Source of the DNA: Pseudomonadota bacterium
Lineage (GTDB): Bacteria; Pseudomonadota; Alphaproteobacteria; Rhodobacterales; Rhodobacteraceae
Length of the DNA: 64,000 nucleotides
Assembly: GCA_039180525.1 (NCBI GenBank)
Contig: JBCDDF010000003.1
Location: 94,789 to 158,788, forward strand
Reading direction: 5' to 3'
A program made the position numbers and the translations under genes. Numbering within the stretch: the first letter of the stretch is position 1; the number at the start of each line of letters is the position of its first letter. The notes below the pieces were generated by a model, which saw nothing but the letters and a program-made list of their open reading frames with translations, did no database searches and was not told the DNA's origin. Below are positions 38,721 through 47,962 of this stretch, piece after piece.

Positions 38721-40442
38721 TTACTCCGCCGCCGTGCTGCGCAACGCTTCGGCACGTAGGTCTTTCCGCAGGATCTTGCCGACATTGGATTTCGGCAGCG
38801 TGTCGCGGATCTCCACGATCTTGGGCACCTTGTAGGCGGTCAGGTGGGCCTTGCACTGTTGCCGGATGTCTTCGACCGACAGGGTTTTGTCTTTCAGCAC
38901 GACGAAGGCTTTGACCGCCTCTCCGGTCGCCTCGCTGGGGACGCCGATCACCGCGGACTCGAGGATCCCGGGATGGTCGGCCAGACATTCCTCGATCTCG
39001 TTGGGATAGACGTTGAAGCCCGACACGACGATCATGTCCTTCTTGCGGTCGACGATGAAGAAATAGCCGTCCTCGTCCATCACGCCGATATCGCCGGTCA
39101 GCAACCAGCCGTCCTTCATTGTCGCTTCGGTTTCTTCGGGTTTGCGCCAATAGCCCTTCATCAGCTGTGGGCCCTTGGCGGCGATCTCGCCCCGTTCGCC
39201 CTGCGCGACGGGGGTGCCGTGATCGTCCACGCAGGCCATCAGGGTGGAGGGCACGGGCACCCCGATGGAGCCTTCCCGCGTCTTGCCCATCGGGTTGAAA
39301 CTCAGCACCGGCGAGGTTTCGGTCAAGCCATAGCCCTGCAAAAGCGGCCTGCCGGTGATTTCGGCCCAGCGTTTCGCAACAGATGTCTGCAGCGCCATGC
39401 CCCCGGCAGAGGCCAGTTTTAGGTGCTTGGGCGGGTTGTCGAGAAACCAGATTTCGTTCGAAAGGCCGTTGAACAGCGTGTTCACACCGCTCATCCAGGT
39501 GATCTTGTAGTTCTCGAACGCGCGCTTGAGGTTGGTCAGAGGCCGCGGGCTGGGGATCAGAATGTTGCGCGCGCCCAGCCAGTAGAACGCAAGCAAATTC
39601 ACCGTGAAGGCGAAGATGTGGTACATCGGCAGTGCGGTCAGCGCGACCTCCTCGCCGCGCTGCAACGCGCGGATCATCTCCAGCGACTGTTCCATGTTCA
39701 CGATCAGGTTGGCGTGGGTCAGCATCGCCCCCTTGGCCACACCGGTCGTGCCGCCGGTATACTGTAGACAGGCAAGATCGTCGGGTTCCACATCCCGCGC
39801 ATAGGCTGCGACCTCTATCCGTTCGCCATCGCGATGCGCGCGGCCGGCTTCCAGCGCGTCGGGGAAACGGATATGCGGCAACTCGATGGGTTTGACCGAC
39901 CGGTCCCAGTGTTTTTGCACCAACCCGACGATCCCACGGGGCAAGGCGGGCAGGAATTCCGCGACCCGCGTGACGATGATGTTGGGGATCGGGTGACCGC
40001 GGGTTGCCTGCGGGACCTTGTCGGCGAACATGTCGACGATCACCAGCGCATGCGGTTCGGCGTCCTTGAATAGCCGCGCCATTTCGTCGGCGGTGTAAAG
40101 TGGGTTGACGTTGACCAGCACGCACCCCGCTTTCAGGATGCCGAAGGCGGCGACCGGAAAGGCCAGCCCGTTCGGCATCTGCAAGGCGACACGGTCGTCT
40201 TTCTGCAGGCCGATCACTTCGCGCAGGTATACGGCGAAGGCATCTGACATTTCATCGACCTGATCGAAGCGCAGCGTGCCGTTCATACCGTTGGGCATGC
40301 AGGCGGTGAACGCCGGCGCCGTCCCGTGGGTGTCGGCGACCGACCGCACAAGATCGGCCAGGGTACGATAGCTTGCGGTTTCGATTTCGGTGCGGGCGTC
40401 GGGGCCGTAAAACGCCGTCCAGGGCCTGTCGTCTTGCGCCAT
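38721..40442 (-). CDS. long-chain fatty acid--CoA ligase (FadD-like)
   Basis: YTGGTTGVAKG, GYGLTETSP, TGDIG, DRKKDMI and PKSNVGKILR motifs. Confidence 0.92.
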   Translation of the reverse strand: MAQDDRPWTAFYGPDARTEIETASYRTLADLVRSVADTHGTAPAFTACMPNGMNGTLRFDQVDEMSDAFAVYLREVIGLQKDDRVALQMPNGLAFPVAAFGILKAGCVLVNVNPLYTADEMARLFKDAEPHALVIVDMFADKVPQATRGHPIPNIIVTRVAEFLPALPRGIVGLVQKHWDRSVKPIELPHIRFPDALEAGRAHRDGERIEVAAYARDVEPDDLACLQYTGGTTGVAKGAMLTHANLIVNMEQSLEMIRALQRGEEVALTALPMYHIFAFTVNLLAFYWLGARNILIPSPRPLTNLKRAFENYKITWMSGVNTLFNGLSNEIWFLDNPPKHLKLASAGGMALQTSVAKRWAEITGRPLLQGYGLTETSPVLSFNPMGKTREGSIGVPVPSTLMACVDDHGTPVAQGERGEIAAKGPQLMKGYWRKPEETEATMKDGWLLTGDIGVMDEDGYFFIVDRKKDMIVVSGFNVYPNEIEECLADHPGILESAVIGVPSEATGEAVKAFVVLKDKTLSVEDIRQQCKAHLTAYKVPKIVEIRDTLPKSNVGKILRKDLRAEALRSTAAE

Positions 40443-40702
40443 AGGATCCTTTCCGCCCGCGTCAGAATGGCGGGTGCAGCGTTCTGTTCCCGGTAAGGCA
40501 ACTTGACCACCACGTGCTGCGCGTCAAGGGCGTTGCCCGGCTTGCGCGACGGGAGGTCCTAAAGCCCGAGGCGTGGTTGCCGCACCGCGGAAACGTTCCG
40601 GCCTTGATACAGGGCCCGGGCGCAATCCTCCACCCATGCGCGCTGGTCCGACGGGAGGTCTGTCAGAGCGCCGGTGCTGCTGAATGAACCGCTCCCACGC
40701 CT

Positions 40703-40751
40703 TAGACCAAAACCGTTTCAGACTGGATCAGTCTGATCCGTTTTTCCCTAG
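40703..40751. repeat. palindromic MITE-like repeat, copy 1
   Basis: tagaccaaaaccgtttcagactggatcagtctgatccgtttttccctag; imperfect hairpin; contains the dnaE2 stop codon; 41/42 identical to 46982-47023. Confidence 0.85.
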
Positions 40752-43700
40752 TGAAAGTTGCGCCCCTTGGGCAGGGCCCGGCCGGCAGCGCGGGCGGCGG
40801 CGATGGTCGCGGCGTCGCCACGCAATTCAGGCGCTGTCGCCAGCAGGCGGGCCAGGGCGGATGTCGGGCGCTTTTGCCGGTGGTCATCAGCCGGGCGACG
40901 CACCTCATCGGCATTGGCCAGGCCGTGATGGGCCAGATCGCGATCCGACACTTCCAGCAACAACGGCGTCAGATCGACCAATCGCTGGGCGACCACATGG
41001 ATGACGCCGTCCTGGGTTTGCACCCGGCCGGTGATGCCCAGACAGCGCGAACCCAAGACCAGCGCGCGGAACTGTTCGAAGACCTTGGGCCAGACGATGA
41101 TGTTGGCGATACCGGTCTCATCTTCGATGGTCTCGAAGACGACCCCCTTGGCGGTGCCCGGGCGCTGGCGCACAAGCACCAGACCCGCGACCTGCACCCG
41201 CGTGCCGGTGCGGGCGGTCTGCAGCGCCTCGGTCTTGACGTAGTGCCGTTTGTCGAGTGCCGCGCGCAGGAAAGACATCGGATGCGCCTTCAGCGAATAG
41301 CTGAGGGTCTGGTAATCGGTCATCACATGCTCGCCCAGCGGCATGGGCGGCAGCGCCACCTCGGCCTCTTTCTGCAATTGCAGGTCGCGGTCGACTCTGA
41401 ACAACGGCAGCGCCTCTGCCGTGCCCAACGGATCGAGCGCCTTGGCCGCCCAAAGCGCGGCCCGCCGGTCGAGCCCTAGCGAGCGGAACGCATCCGCCTC
41501 GGCCAGTTTCTCCACCGCACCGCGGGTCAACCCGGCGCGCAGCCAGACGTCGCGCACGCTGTCATAGCCGGCGCCGCGCCGGTCGATCAGGCGCTGTGCC
41601 TCCGCCTCGCTCAGCCCCTTGATCTGATGCAGGCCCAGCCGCACCGCATGGGTGTTCTTCAGATGCGGCGCCATCGAATTGTGCATGGGTGCAATGGTCC
41701 GAGGCCGCGCACCGGGCTCCAGCGTCGTCGCCCAATCGGAACGGTTGATATCCACCCCCCGCACCTCCACCCCATGTTCCCGGGCATCCCGGATCAGTTG
41801 CGCCGGGGCATAGAACCCCATCGGCTGGGAGTTGAGGATCGCGGCGCAGAACACATCCGGGTAATGCGCCTTCAGCCAGCAGGACACATAGACCAGCAGC
41901 GCAAAACTCGCCGCATGGCTTTCGGGAAAGCCGTACTCACCGAACCCCTCGATCTGCTTGAAGCACCGCTCGGCGAAGGTACGGTCATAGCCGTTGGCGA
42001 CCATGCCCTCGACCATGCGTTGCTGAAAGCTGTGGATCGTGCCCACCCGTCGGAAGGTGGCCATGGCGCGGCGCAGCTTGTCGGCCTCGCCAGGGGCGAA
42101 ATTGGCGGCGACTATCGCGATATTCATCGCCTGTTCCTGGAACAGCGGCACGCCCAGGGTCTTGCCCAGTACCCGGCGCAGCTCCTCCTTGGGATAGCAT
42201 ACCTCCTCCTTACCCTGGCGGCGGCGGAGGTAGGGGTGGACCATGTCGCCCTGGATGGGCCCGGGGCGGACGATGGCGACCTCGATGACCAGGTCGTAAT
42301 AGCAGCGCGGTTTCAACCGCGGCAGCATGGTCATCTGCGCCCGGCTTTCGATCTGAAACACGCCCAGCGTATCGGCCCGGCAGATCATGTCATAGGTGGC
42401 GGTGTCGCCATCCTCCAACGAACTCAGCGTCTCGTGCCGGTCGTAATGCCGGGCCAGCAGATCCAGGCCCTTGCGCAGGCAGGTCAGCATGCCCAGCGCG
42501 AGGACGTCGATCTTCAGCATGCCCAAGGACTCCAGGTCGTCCTTGTCCCATTCCACAATGGTGCGGTCTTCCATCGCCGCGTTCTCGATCGGGATCAGCG
42601 AGGACAGACGGTCGCGGGTGATCACGAACCCGCCCACATGCTGGGACAGATGCCGGGGGAAGCCCACGATCTGCTGCGCCAGATCGAGCATCTGGGCCAG
42701 GTGCTTGTCGGACGGGTCGAGCCCGGCGCGGCGGGCGTCCTCCGGGTCGACCTCCTTCGACCAGGATCCCCATTTGGTGGCCGAGATCGCGCTGATCGCA
42801 TCTTCGGACAGCCCGAACACCTTGCCGACCTCGCGGATCGCGGACCGGGAGCGATAGGTGATGACGGTCGCCGCCAGCCCGGCGCGTTCGCGGCCGTATT
42901 TGTTATAGATGTACTGGATCACCTCTTCGCGGCGTTCATGTTCGAAATCGACGTCTATATCGGGCGGCTCGCCGCGTTCTTCGGAGATGAAGCGTTCGAA
43001 CAGCAGATCCACGCGGGCCGGGTCGACCTCGGTGATGCCCAGTGCGAAGCAGACGGTGGAGTTGGCGGCCGAACCACGGCCCTGGGCCAGGATGCCCTGG
43101 CTGCGGGCAAAGCGCACGATGTCATAGACGGTCAGAAAATAGGGCGCGTAGTCCAGCCGGCGGATCAAGTTCAGTTCATGGGCCACCGCCTTTTGAAATT
43201 TCTCGGGCACGCCCTGGGCCCAGCGGCGTTTGAGCCCGATGGCGGTCAGCCGCTCCAGCGCCTGTTGCGAGGGGACGGGCGCGCCGCCCAACTCGTCGAA
43301 GGCCGGGTCCTCGGGGTACTGATGGCGCAATTCGTCCAGTGAAAAGCGGATACGGCGAAACAGCGTGCGGGCGGCGTCGCAGACGGCGGTGTGGTCGCGG
43401 AACAGATGCGCCAACCGGTCGGGAGGGGCCAGGTGACGCTCGGCATTGGGTTGCAGGCGGGTGCCGATGGTCTGCAACGTCTCGTGTTCGCGGATGCAGG
43501 TCAGCACGTCCTGCAGGGGCCGCCTGTCTGGGTGATGGTAAAGCACATCACCCACGGCGATCGTGGGGATGCCATGCCGGGCGGCAAGACCGGTCAGGGC
43601 GGTCAGACGGCGTCGCTCACCAGGGCCGTGGCCGTGGGTGAGTGCCAGGTGGATATGGTCTGGATAGGTGGCCTTCAGCGCCTTCAACGTGGCGGAAACT

Positions 43701-44110
43701 GCCGGGCTGGGGGTACGCCCGGGCAGCACCGCCATCAACAGGCCGTGCCCGCGCTGGATCAAATCCTTTCGGGTCAGTTGGCATGCGCCTTTGTGGGCGC
43801 GGCGCTTGCCCAGGGACAACAGTTCGCACAGCCCGGCCCAGCCGGCGCGGGTTTCGGGCCAGACCAGAATATCGGGCGTGGTGTCCAGGAAATGCAGCCG
43901 GCAACCGGCAGTAAAGGCGAGCCCGGCTTCCTTGGCCGCCATATGTGCGCGGACCACTCCGGCAACCGAATTGTGGTCGGTCAGACTGATCCCCGCATAT
44001 CCTAGTTTTGCGGCCTGAAACACCAATTCCTCGGGATGCGAAGCCCCGCGCAGGAAAGAGAAGTTCGAGGTCGCGGCCAATTCGACCGGCCCCGGCGGCA
44101 ACACCCGCAT
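40748..44110 (-). CDS. dnaE2: error-prone DNA polymerase III alpha subunit (ImuC)
   Basis: SNFSFLRGASHPEEL, GRGSAANS, PPDIDVDFEH, GFPESHAASFA and RQRPGTAKG motifs; C-terminal RNFH. Confidence 0.96.
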   Translation of the reverse strand: MRVLPPGPVELAATSNFSFLRGASHPEELVFQAAKLGYAGISLTDHNSVAGVVRAHMAAKEAGLAFTAGCRLHFLDTTPDILVWPETRAGWAGLCELLSLGKRRAHKGACQLTRKDLIQRGHGLLMAVLPGRTPSPAVSATLKALKATYPDHIHLALTHGHGPGERRRLTALTGLAARHGIPTIAVGDVLYHHPDRRPLQDVLTCIREHETLQTIGTRLQPNAERHLAPPDRLAHLFRDHTAVCDAARTLFRRIRFSLDELRHQYPEDPAFDELGGAPVPSQQALERLTAIGLKRRWAQGVPEKFQKAVAHELNLIRRLDYAPYFLTVYDIVRFARSQGILAQGRGSAANSTVCFALGITEVDPARVDLLFERFISEERGEPPDIDVDFEHERREEVIQYIYNKYGRERAGLAATVITYRSRSAIREVGKVFGLSEDAISAISATKWGSWSKEVDPEDARRAGLDPSDKHLAQMLDLAQQIVGFPRHLSQHVGGFVITRDRLSSLIPIENAAMEDRTIVEWDKDDLESLGMLKIDVLALGMLTCLRKGLDLLARHYDRHETLSSLEDGDTATYDMICRADTLGVFQIESRAQMTMLPRLKPRCYYDLVIEVAIVRPGPIQGDMVHPYLRRRQGKEEVCYPKEELRRVLGKTLGVPLFQEQAMNIAIVAANFAPGEADKLRRAMATFRRVGTIHSFQQRMVEGMVANGYDRTFAERCFKQIEGFGEYGFPESHAASFALLVYVSCWLKAHYPDVFCAAILNSQPMGFYAPAQLIRDAREHGVEVRGVDINRSDWATTLEPGARPRTIAPMHNSMAPHLKNTHAVRLGLHQIKGLSEAEAQRLIDRRGAGYDSVRDVWLRAGLTRGAVEKLAEADAFRSLGLDRRAALWAAKALDPLGTAEALPLFRVDRDLQLQKEAEVALPPMPLGEHVMTDYQTLSYSLKAHPMSFLRAALDKRHYVKTEALQTARTGTRVQVAGLVLVRQRPGTAKGVVFETIEDETGIANIIVWPKVFEQFRALVLGSRCLGITGRVQTQDGVIHVVAQRLVDLTPLLLEVSDRDLAHHGLANADEVRRPADDHRQKRPTSALARLLATAPELRGDAATIAAARAAGRALPKGRNFH

Positions 44111-44137
44111 CGACGTTCACGCCCGGGCCCGCCGGGG

Positions 44138-44439
44138 CGGAGGCATCGAACCCCCGCCCCGGCGCGGCGCGCAGAACGCGCCGCAACCGACCACGCGATT
44201 CGTCTTTCGGTCAAGGATCGCGCCAGCGACCCGCGGCACGCGGGCTTGTCCTTGACCGTAAGGCGACTCGCAGCCCCAAACTCGTACCCTGTCTGGGGGA
44301 CAGACCTGTCCTTCAGACCTTCCCCAGCAAATCCCCCAAATCCAGCCGTCGCGCTGCATCTCGCTATCTTGGGGCCACACCGCCCCGGGTCTGGGCCCGT
44401 GCCGACGGGCCCCGCCCGGATGGGGGCTCGATGCCCCCG
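44138..44439. mobile_element. putative non-autonomous structured insertion (MITE-like) between imuB and dnaE2
   Basis: 31-bp imperfect terminal inverted repeats (44138-44168 and 44409-44439); internal hairpins cggtcaagga..tccttgaccg (44208-44258) and gtctgggggacag..ctgtccttcagac (44291-44318). Confidence 0.5.
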
Positions 44440-44478
44440 TTCGGGCGCGCCCCACGGTGCCACAGCGGCACAGGGCGC

Positions 44479-46083
44479 TCATGCCGACACGCCGTGCATG
44501 TACCAACGCGGCCCGCCGCGTTCGCGTCCGTAAAGGCCGTGGCGGAACAACCAGAACCGGTGCCCGGTCGCGGCCTCCACACGGTAATAATCCCGGGTCG
44601 GGGCCGCGCGACCGTCGCGCCACCATTCGCAGGCGATCCGCTCCGGTCCCTCGGCGCCGGTGACCGCATAGCCGACCTTGCGCCATCGGAACCGGCGGGG
44701 GGGCCCGTCGGGGATCTCGGCCAGCGTGTCCACCGGCTCGGGCCGGGCCAAAAGCCAAAGCGGCCGGGTCAGCGGCGGCACCGGCGTCACCGCGGCGGGG
44801 CTGGCCGCCGGCAGACCGGCGCGCAACCGCGTCACCGGCAGGGTGCCAAAGGCACGCTCGGGGATGTGCGTATCCGCCCCGGCAAAGCCGCACACCCGGT
44901 CGGGGCCGAGCCGCGCACCGAGCCGGTCGACCAACGCCTCGAAACTGTCCACAGCGCAGGTGCCGGAAACCAGATCGCCCTGGTCGCCCGGAAACGCCTC
45001 GCTTTCCAGCACGCCCAGCTTGACCAGATCGAAGCCGAAACCCGCATCGATATCGCAGGCCAGCCCGGCGATGCGTTCGCGAAACAGCGCAGCAATCCGG
45101 GCCGCATTGCGCAGGGGCTGCGCGGCGGCCACATCCAGCCGATCGACATGGCCATCGACGCGGAAAAGGCGCAGCTCTAACACCCGCGCCCCACGGCCGC
45201 GTTGCTCCAGCATCGGAACCAACGCCTCGGCCAGCAGAACGATGGTCCGCGCGATGTCGTCGGCATGGGTGATGGGGTCGAAAAACCGCTTCTCTGCAGT
45301 CAGATCCGGCACCGGCAACAGGGGCGAGATCGCCTCCTCCTCGCGCCCCAGCGCCTGATCGAGCCGTTGGATCAGGCCGGCGCCGAACCGGGTTGCCAGC
45401 GGTGCGCGGGGCAGATCGGCGATGCAGCCGACGGTCTTGAATCCCACCCGCGACAGCCCCGTCACCAGCGCTGCGTCCAGCCGCAGCGCGGTGAGTGGCA
45501 GGGGCGCCAGGGCCGGACGGATCTCCCCCGGCGCGGCGCTGCGCATTCCGGGCGGGGCAAACCGCGCCAGCGCCCAGGCCGCGCCCGGCGTGTCGGCCAG
45601 GCCCAGCGCGCCATGCAGGCCCTGCGCGGTCAGCCGGGCGGCGATCTCTTCCATCAGCGCGGCCTCGCCGCCGAACAGATGCGCCACGCCCGAGACATCC
45701 AGCATCAACCCCTCGGCCCCGAACCGGGCATCGTCTGCGCATCGGCCCACCAGGGGCGTGTAACGGTCGGCCCAGGCGGCGAGCGCGGTCAACAGCGCGG
45801 CATCCGCCGGCGCGTCGCGCGCCACCGCTTCCAGATCGGGACGCAGCGCGCGCGCATCGGTCAGCGTCTGGCCCGGGGTCAGCCCCAGCGTCGCGGTGCC
45901 CGGTTCCAGCGCCACCACCCGCACGGCGTTCTTGACCGTGTCGGTGACGATGATCGGCGGTGCCTCAGGGCGCCCGTCGCAGATCCAAGATCTGCCCCAG
46001 CGCCGCCGCGCGATCCGATCGGTCGACAGATGCGGCAGGGCGATCGACAGATACCGGCGCGTCCTCTTCAAGCGATTGCCCAT
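44479..46083 (-). CDS. imuB: ImuB, inactive Y-family polymerase
   Basis: RYTPLV, LDVSGVAHLFGGE, GPERIACEWW and RDYYRVE..WLFR motifs; between imuA and dnaE2. Confidence 0.92.
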   Translation of the reverse strand: MGNRLKRTRRYLSIALPHLSTDRIARRRWGRSWICDGRPEAPPIIVTDTVKNAVRVVALEPGTATLGLTPGQTLTDARALRPDLEAVARDAPADAALLTALAAWADRYTPLVGRCADDARFGAEGLMLDVSGVAHLFGGEAALMEEIAARLTAQGLHGALGLADTPGAAWALARFAPPGMRSAAPGEIRPALAPLPLTALRLDAALVTGLSRVGFKTVGCIADLPRAPLATRFGAGLIQRLDQALGREEEAISPLLPVPDLTAEKRFFDPITHADDIARTIVLLAEALVPMLEQRGRGARVLELRLFRVDGHVDRLDVAAAQPLRNAARIAALFRERIAGLACDIDAGFGFDLVKLGVLESEAFPGDQGDLVSGTCAVDSFEALVDRLGARLGPDRVCGFAGADTHIPERAFGTLPVTRLRAGLPAASPAAVTPVPPLTRPLWLLARPEPVDTLAEIPDGPPRRFRWRKVGYAVTGAEGPERIACEWWRDGRAAPTRDYYRVEAATGHRFWLFRHGLYGRERGGPRWYMHGVSA

Positions 46084-46780
46084 GATCGAACACCTTGCGT
46101 TTGGGATCCCATTGCAGCGCCCAGGCACCGGTCTGCCCCGACCGGCAGCGTTCCAGCACCAGCGTGACATGCGGCCAGCCCACACAGCCTGTCAGTCCGG
46201 GTTCTGCCCGCGCCGGGCGCGGCGCGATGCGCCAGCGGGTCTGGGCGGCGCCGGCCTCTTCCACGCCGCTTTGGCGCAGGATCAACACCATCACGCCGCT
46301 GGCCTGGGAGCGCAGCATCAGCCGCCGTGTCGCCAACCGGTCGAGACGCGCTGGATTGCCCTTGATCTGCAGCACGACCGCAGCCAGGTCGGGGCAGCGC
46401 GCACCCTCATCCGCGGCCCAAAGCGCAGTTTTGACGTCCACCGGAAATACCTGCGTGATCACGGCGGGGTCGAGCCCGAATTGCGCCAGACCGTCAGGAT
46501 AAAGCAGCCCGGCATCGGCCACCGCCGCGGGATCGGAAACCCAAAGCAACCGCTTGCCCGCCGTTCGCATCAGTGCGGTCAGCAGACCGATCAGAACGCC
46601 GGTGGCGGCGCCGATATCGCGGGCCTGGGCGGCGCGGAATTCGTGCAGCGCGGGCACGACCAACCCACCGCCAATACGCGCATCGATCCCCTCCACACCC
46701 CAAGGCAGCCGCGCCGGCGCCCGCCCCGGACGGGGGTGGAGCGACAGACGGTCGATCAATGATGCGGCGTTCGGATGCAT
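45965..46780 (-). CDS. imuA: ImuA, RecA-like accessory protein
   Basis: IDARIGGGL..LHE, LYPDGLAQFGLDP, ALWAADEGARC and RRLMLR motifs; LexA box upstream. Confidence 0.88.
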   Translation of the reverse strand: MHPNAASLIDRLSLHPRPGRAPARLPWGVEGIDARIGGGLVVPALHEFRAAQARDIGAATGVLIGLLTALMRTAGKRLLWVSDPAAVADAGLLYPDGLAQFGLDPAVITQVFPVDVKTALWAADEGARCPDLAAVVLQIKGNPARLDRLATRRLMLRSQASGVMVLILRQSGVEEAGAAQTRWRIAPRPARAEPGLTGCVGWPHVTLVLERCRSGQTGAWALQWDPKRKVFDHGQSLEEDAPVSVDRPAASVDRSDRAAALGQILDLRRAP

Positions 46781-46805
46781 GGCGGCCGAAGGTTCCGAGT
46801 CGTTT

Positions 46806-46820
46806 GTTCATGTTATGTTC
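46806..46820. promoter_or_regulatory. alphaproteobacterial LexA (SOS) box
   Basis: GTTC-atgttat-GTTC, a perfect GTTC-N7-GTTC ~25 bp upstream of imuA. Confidence 0.88.
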
Positions 46821-46980
46821 TTATGACATCGTGAACCGGGCCGCGGAGTCAAGCTTTGGTCGCGTCAAAAGACGACCGTCTGGAAAATCCGCCCGCAACT
46901 CATCGCTTTGCGCCCAATCGCTGGCATCGGTGCCTGGTATCGCGACGTCAGTGCCCGTTGGGCTGGTCGGTCGGTCTGCC

Positions 46981-47030
46981 CAGACCAAAACCGTTTCAGA
47001 CTGAATCAGTCTGATCCGTTTTTGCTCTAA
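46981..47030. repeat. palindromic MITE-like repeat, copy 2
   Basis: cagaccaaaaccgtttcagactgaatcagtctgatccgtttttgctctaa; contains the DMT gene stop codon; direct repeat of 40703-40751. Confidence 0.85.
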
Positions 47031-47962
47031 GAAACCTGTCTTCGCCTTGCGGCCCGGCCTCTTTCTGCCGCCGCCACCGCCGCCCCCGACAGGACCAGAG
47101 GCATCGCAACAAGAAAGCTTGTCGTCATCGGCAGCCTGAAGATCAGCAGATCCGCCAACACGGGCCAAAGCAAGGCGACATATTCGAATGGTGCGAGCCG
47201 GGAGGCTTCGGCGTAGCGGAAGGCCAGGGTCATGGCGATATGGGCGAACCCGCCGACCAGCCCTGCGCTGACCAGTAGAACCAGCGCCCAACCGCCGGGC
47301 ATGACCCAGCCCCAGGGCAGTGTCACCAAGGCGCCGGCCATGGAGGCGATCACGAAGTAAAGCGCGATGGCGCCGGGGCTTTCGGTGCGGTTCAGGCTGC
47401 GCACCATGATCAATGCAAGTGCGGTAAGCCCGGCCGATAGAAGCCCCAGCGAAATGCCCGCCAGGCGAGCACCGTCGCCAGCACTCGCACCAGCGCCCAC
47501 GCTGTTTCCGGCACCGCCGCCACCGAGTTCGGGCCAGACCATAACGACCACCCCGGCAAAGCCAAGCGCCAGCCCGGCGACCCGCCAGATCGTCAGCCGT
47601 TCGCGCAACAAACCCACCGCGGCGATGGCCATCAGGATGGGCGCTAGCTGGGCAAGCAGGATCGCCTCGGCCACGTTGAGCCGCGCGACGGCGGCGAAGG
47701 ACGCAAACAGCGCGCATGCGCCGAAACTCGCCCGTAGAACGTGGCCAAAGGGCCGTTTGGTGGCCAGACCTTGGGGAAATTCACCCCGAAGCCACAGGAA
47801 CACGATCAGCGGCAACAGGGCGAACGCGGACCGGAAAAAGACGATCTCTCCCAGCGGGATTGCGTCGCTGACGGCTTTGACGCAGATCAGCATGCCGGCG
47901 AAAAGCAGCCCGGACAAAAGCCGCAATCCGATGGCCAGGCCCGGATTGTCGCCGCCGGTCAC
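47027..47962 (-). CDS. DMT/EamA family transporter
   Basis: Two EamA-like halves (EIVFFRS, LLRERL, AEASRLAPFEY); GTG start overlaps the stop of the upstream permease. Confidence 0.85.
   Translation of the reverse strand: MTGGDNPGLAIGLRLLSGLLFAGMLICVKAVSDAIPLGEIVFFRSAFALLPLIVFLWLRGEFPQGLATKRPFGHVLRASFGACALFASFAAVARLNVAEAILLAQLAPILMAIAAVGLLRERLTIWRVAGLALGFAGVVVMVWPELGGGGAGNSVGAGASAGDGARLAGISLGLLSAGLTALALIMVRSLNRTESPGAIALYFVIASMAGALVTLPWGWVMPGGWALVLLVSAGLVGGFAHIAMTLAFRYAEASRLAPFEYVALLWPVLADLLIFRLPMTTSFLVAMPLVLSGAAVAAAERGRAARRRQVS

Noticed and set aside
40703-47030. 42-bp palindromic repeats as a CRISPR array
   Set aside because: Only two copies, 6.3 kb apart; no spacer periodicity and no cas genes
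47470-47530. Gly/Ala-rich low-complexity stretch in the DMT transporter
   Set aside because: Looks like a flexible linker between the two EamA halves; no evidence of a separate element
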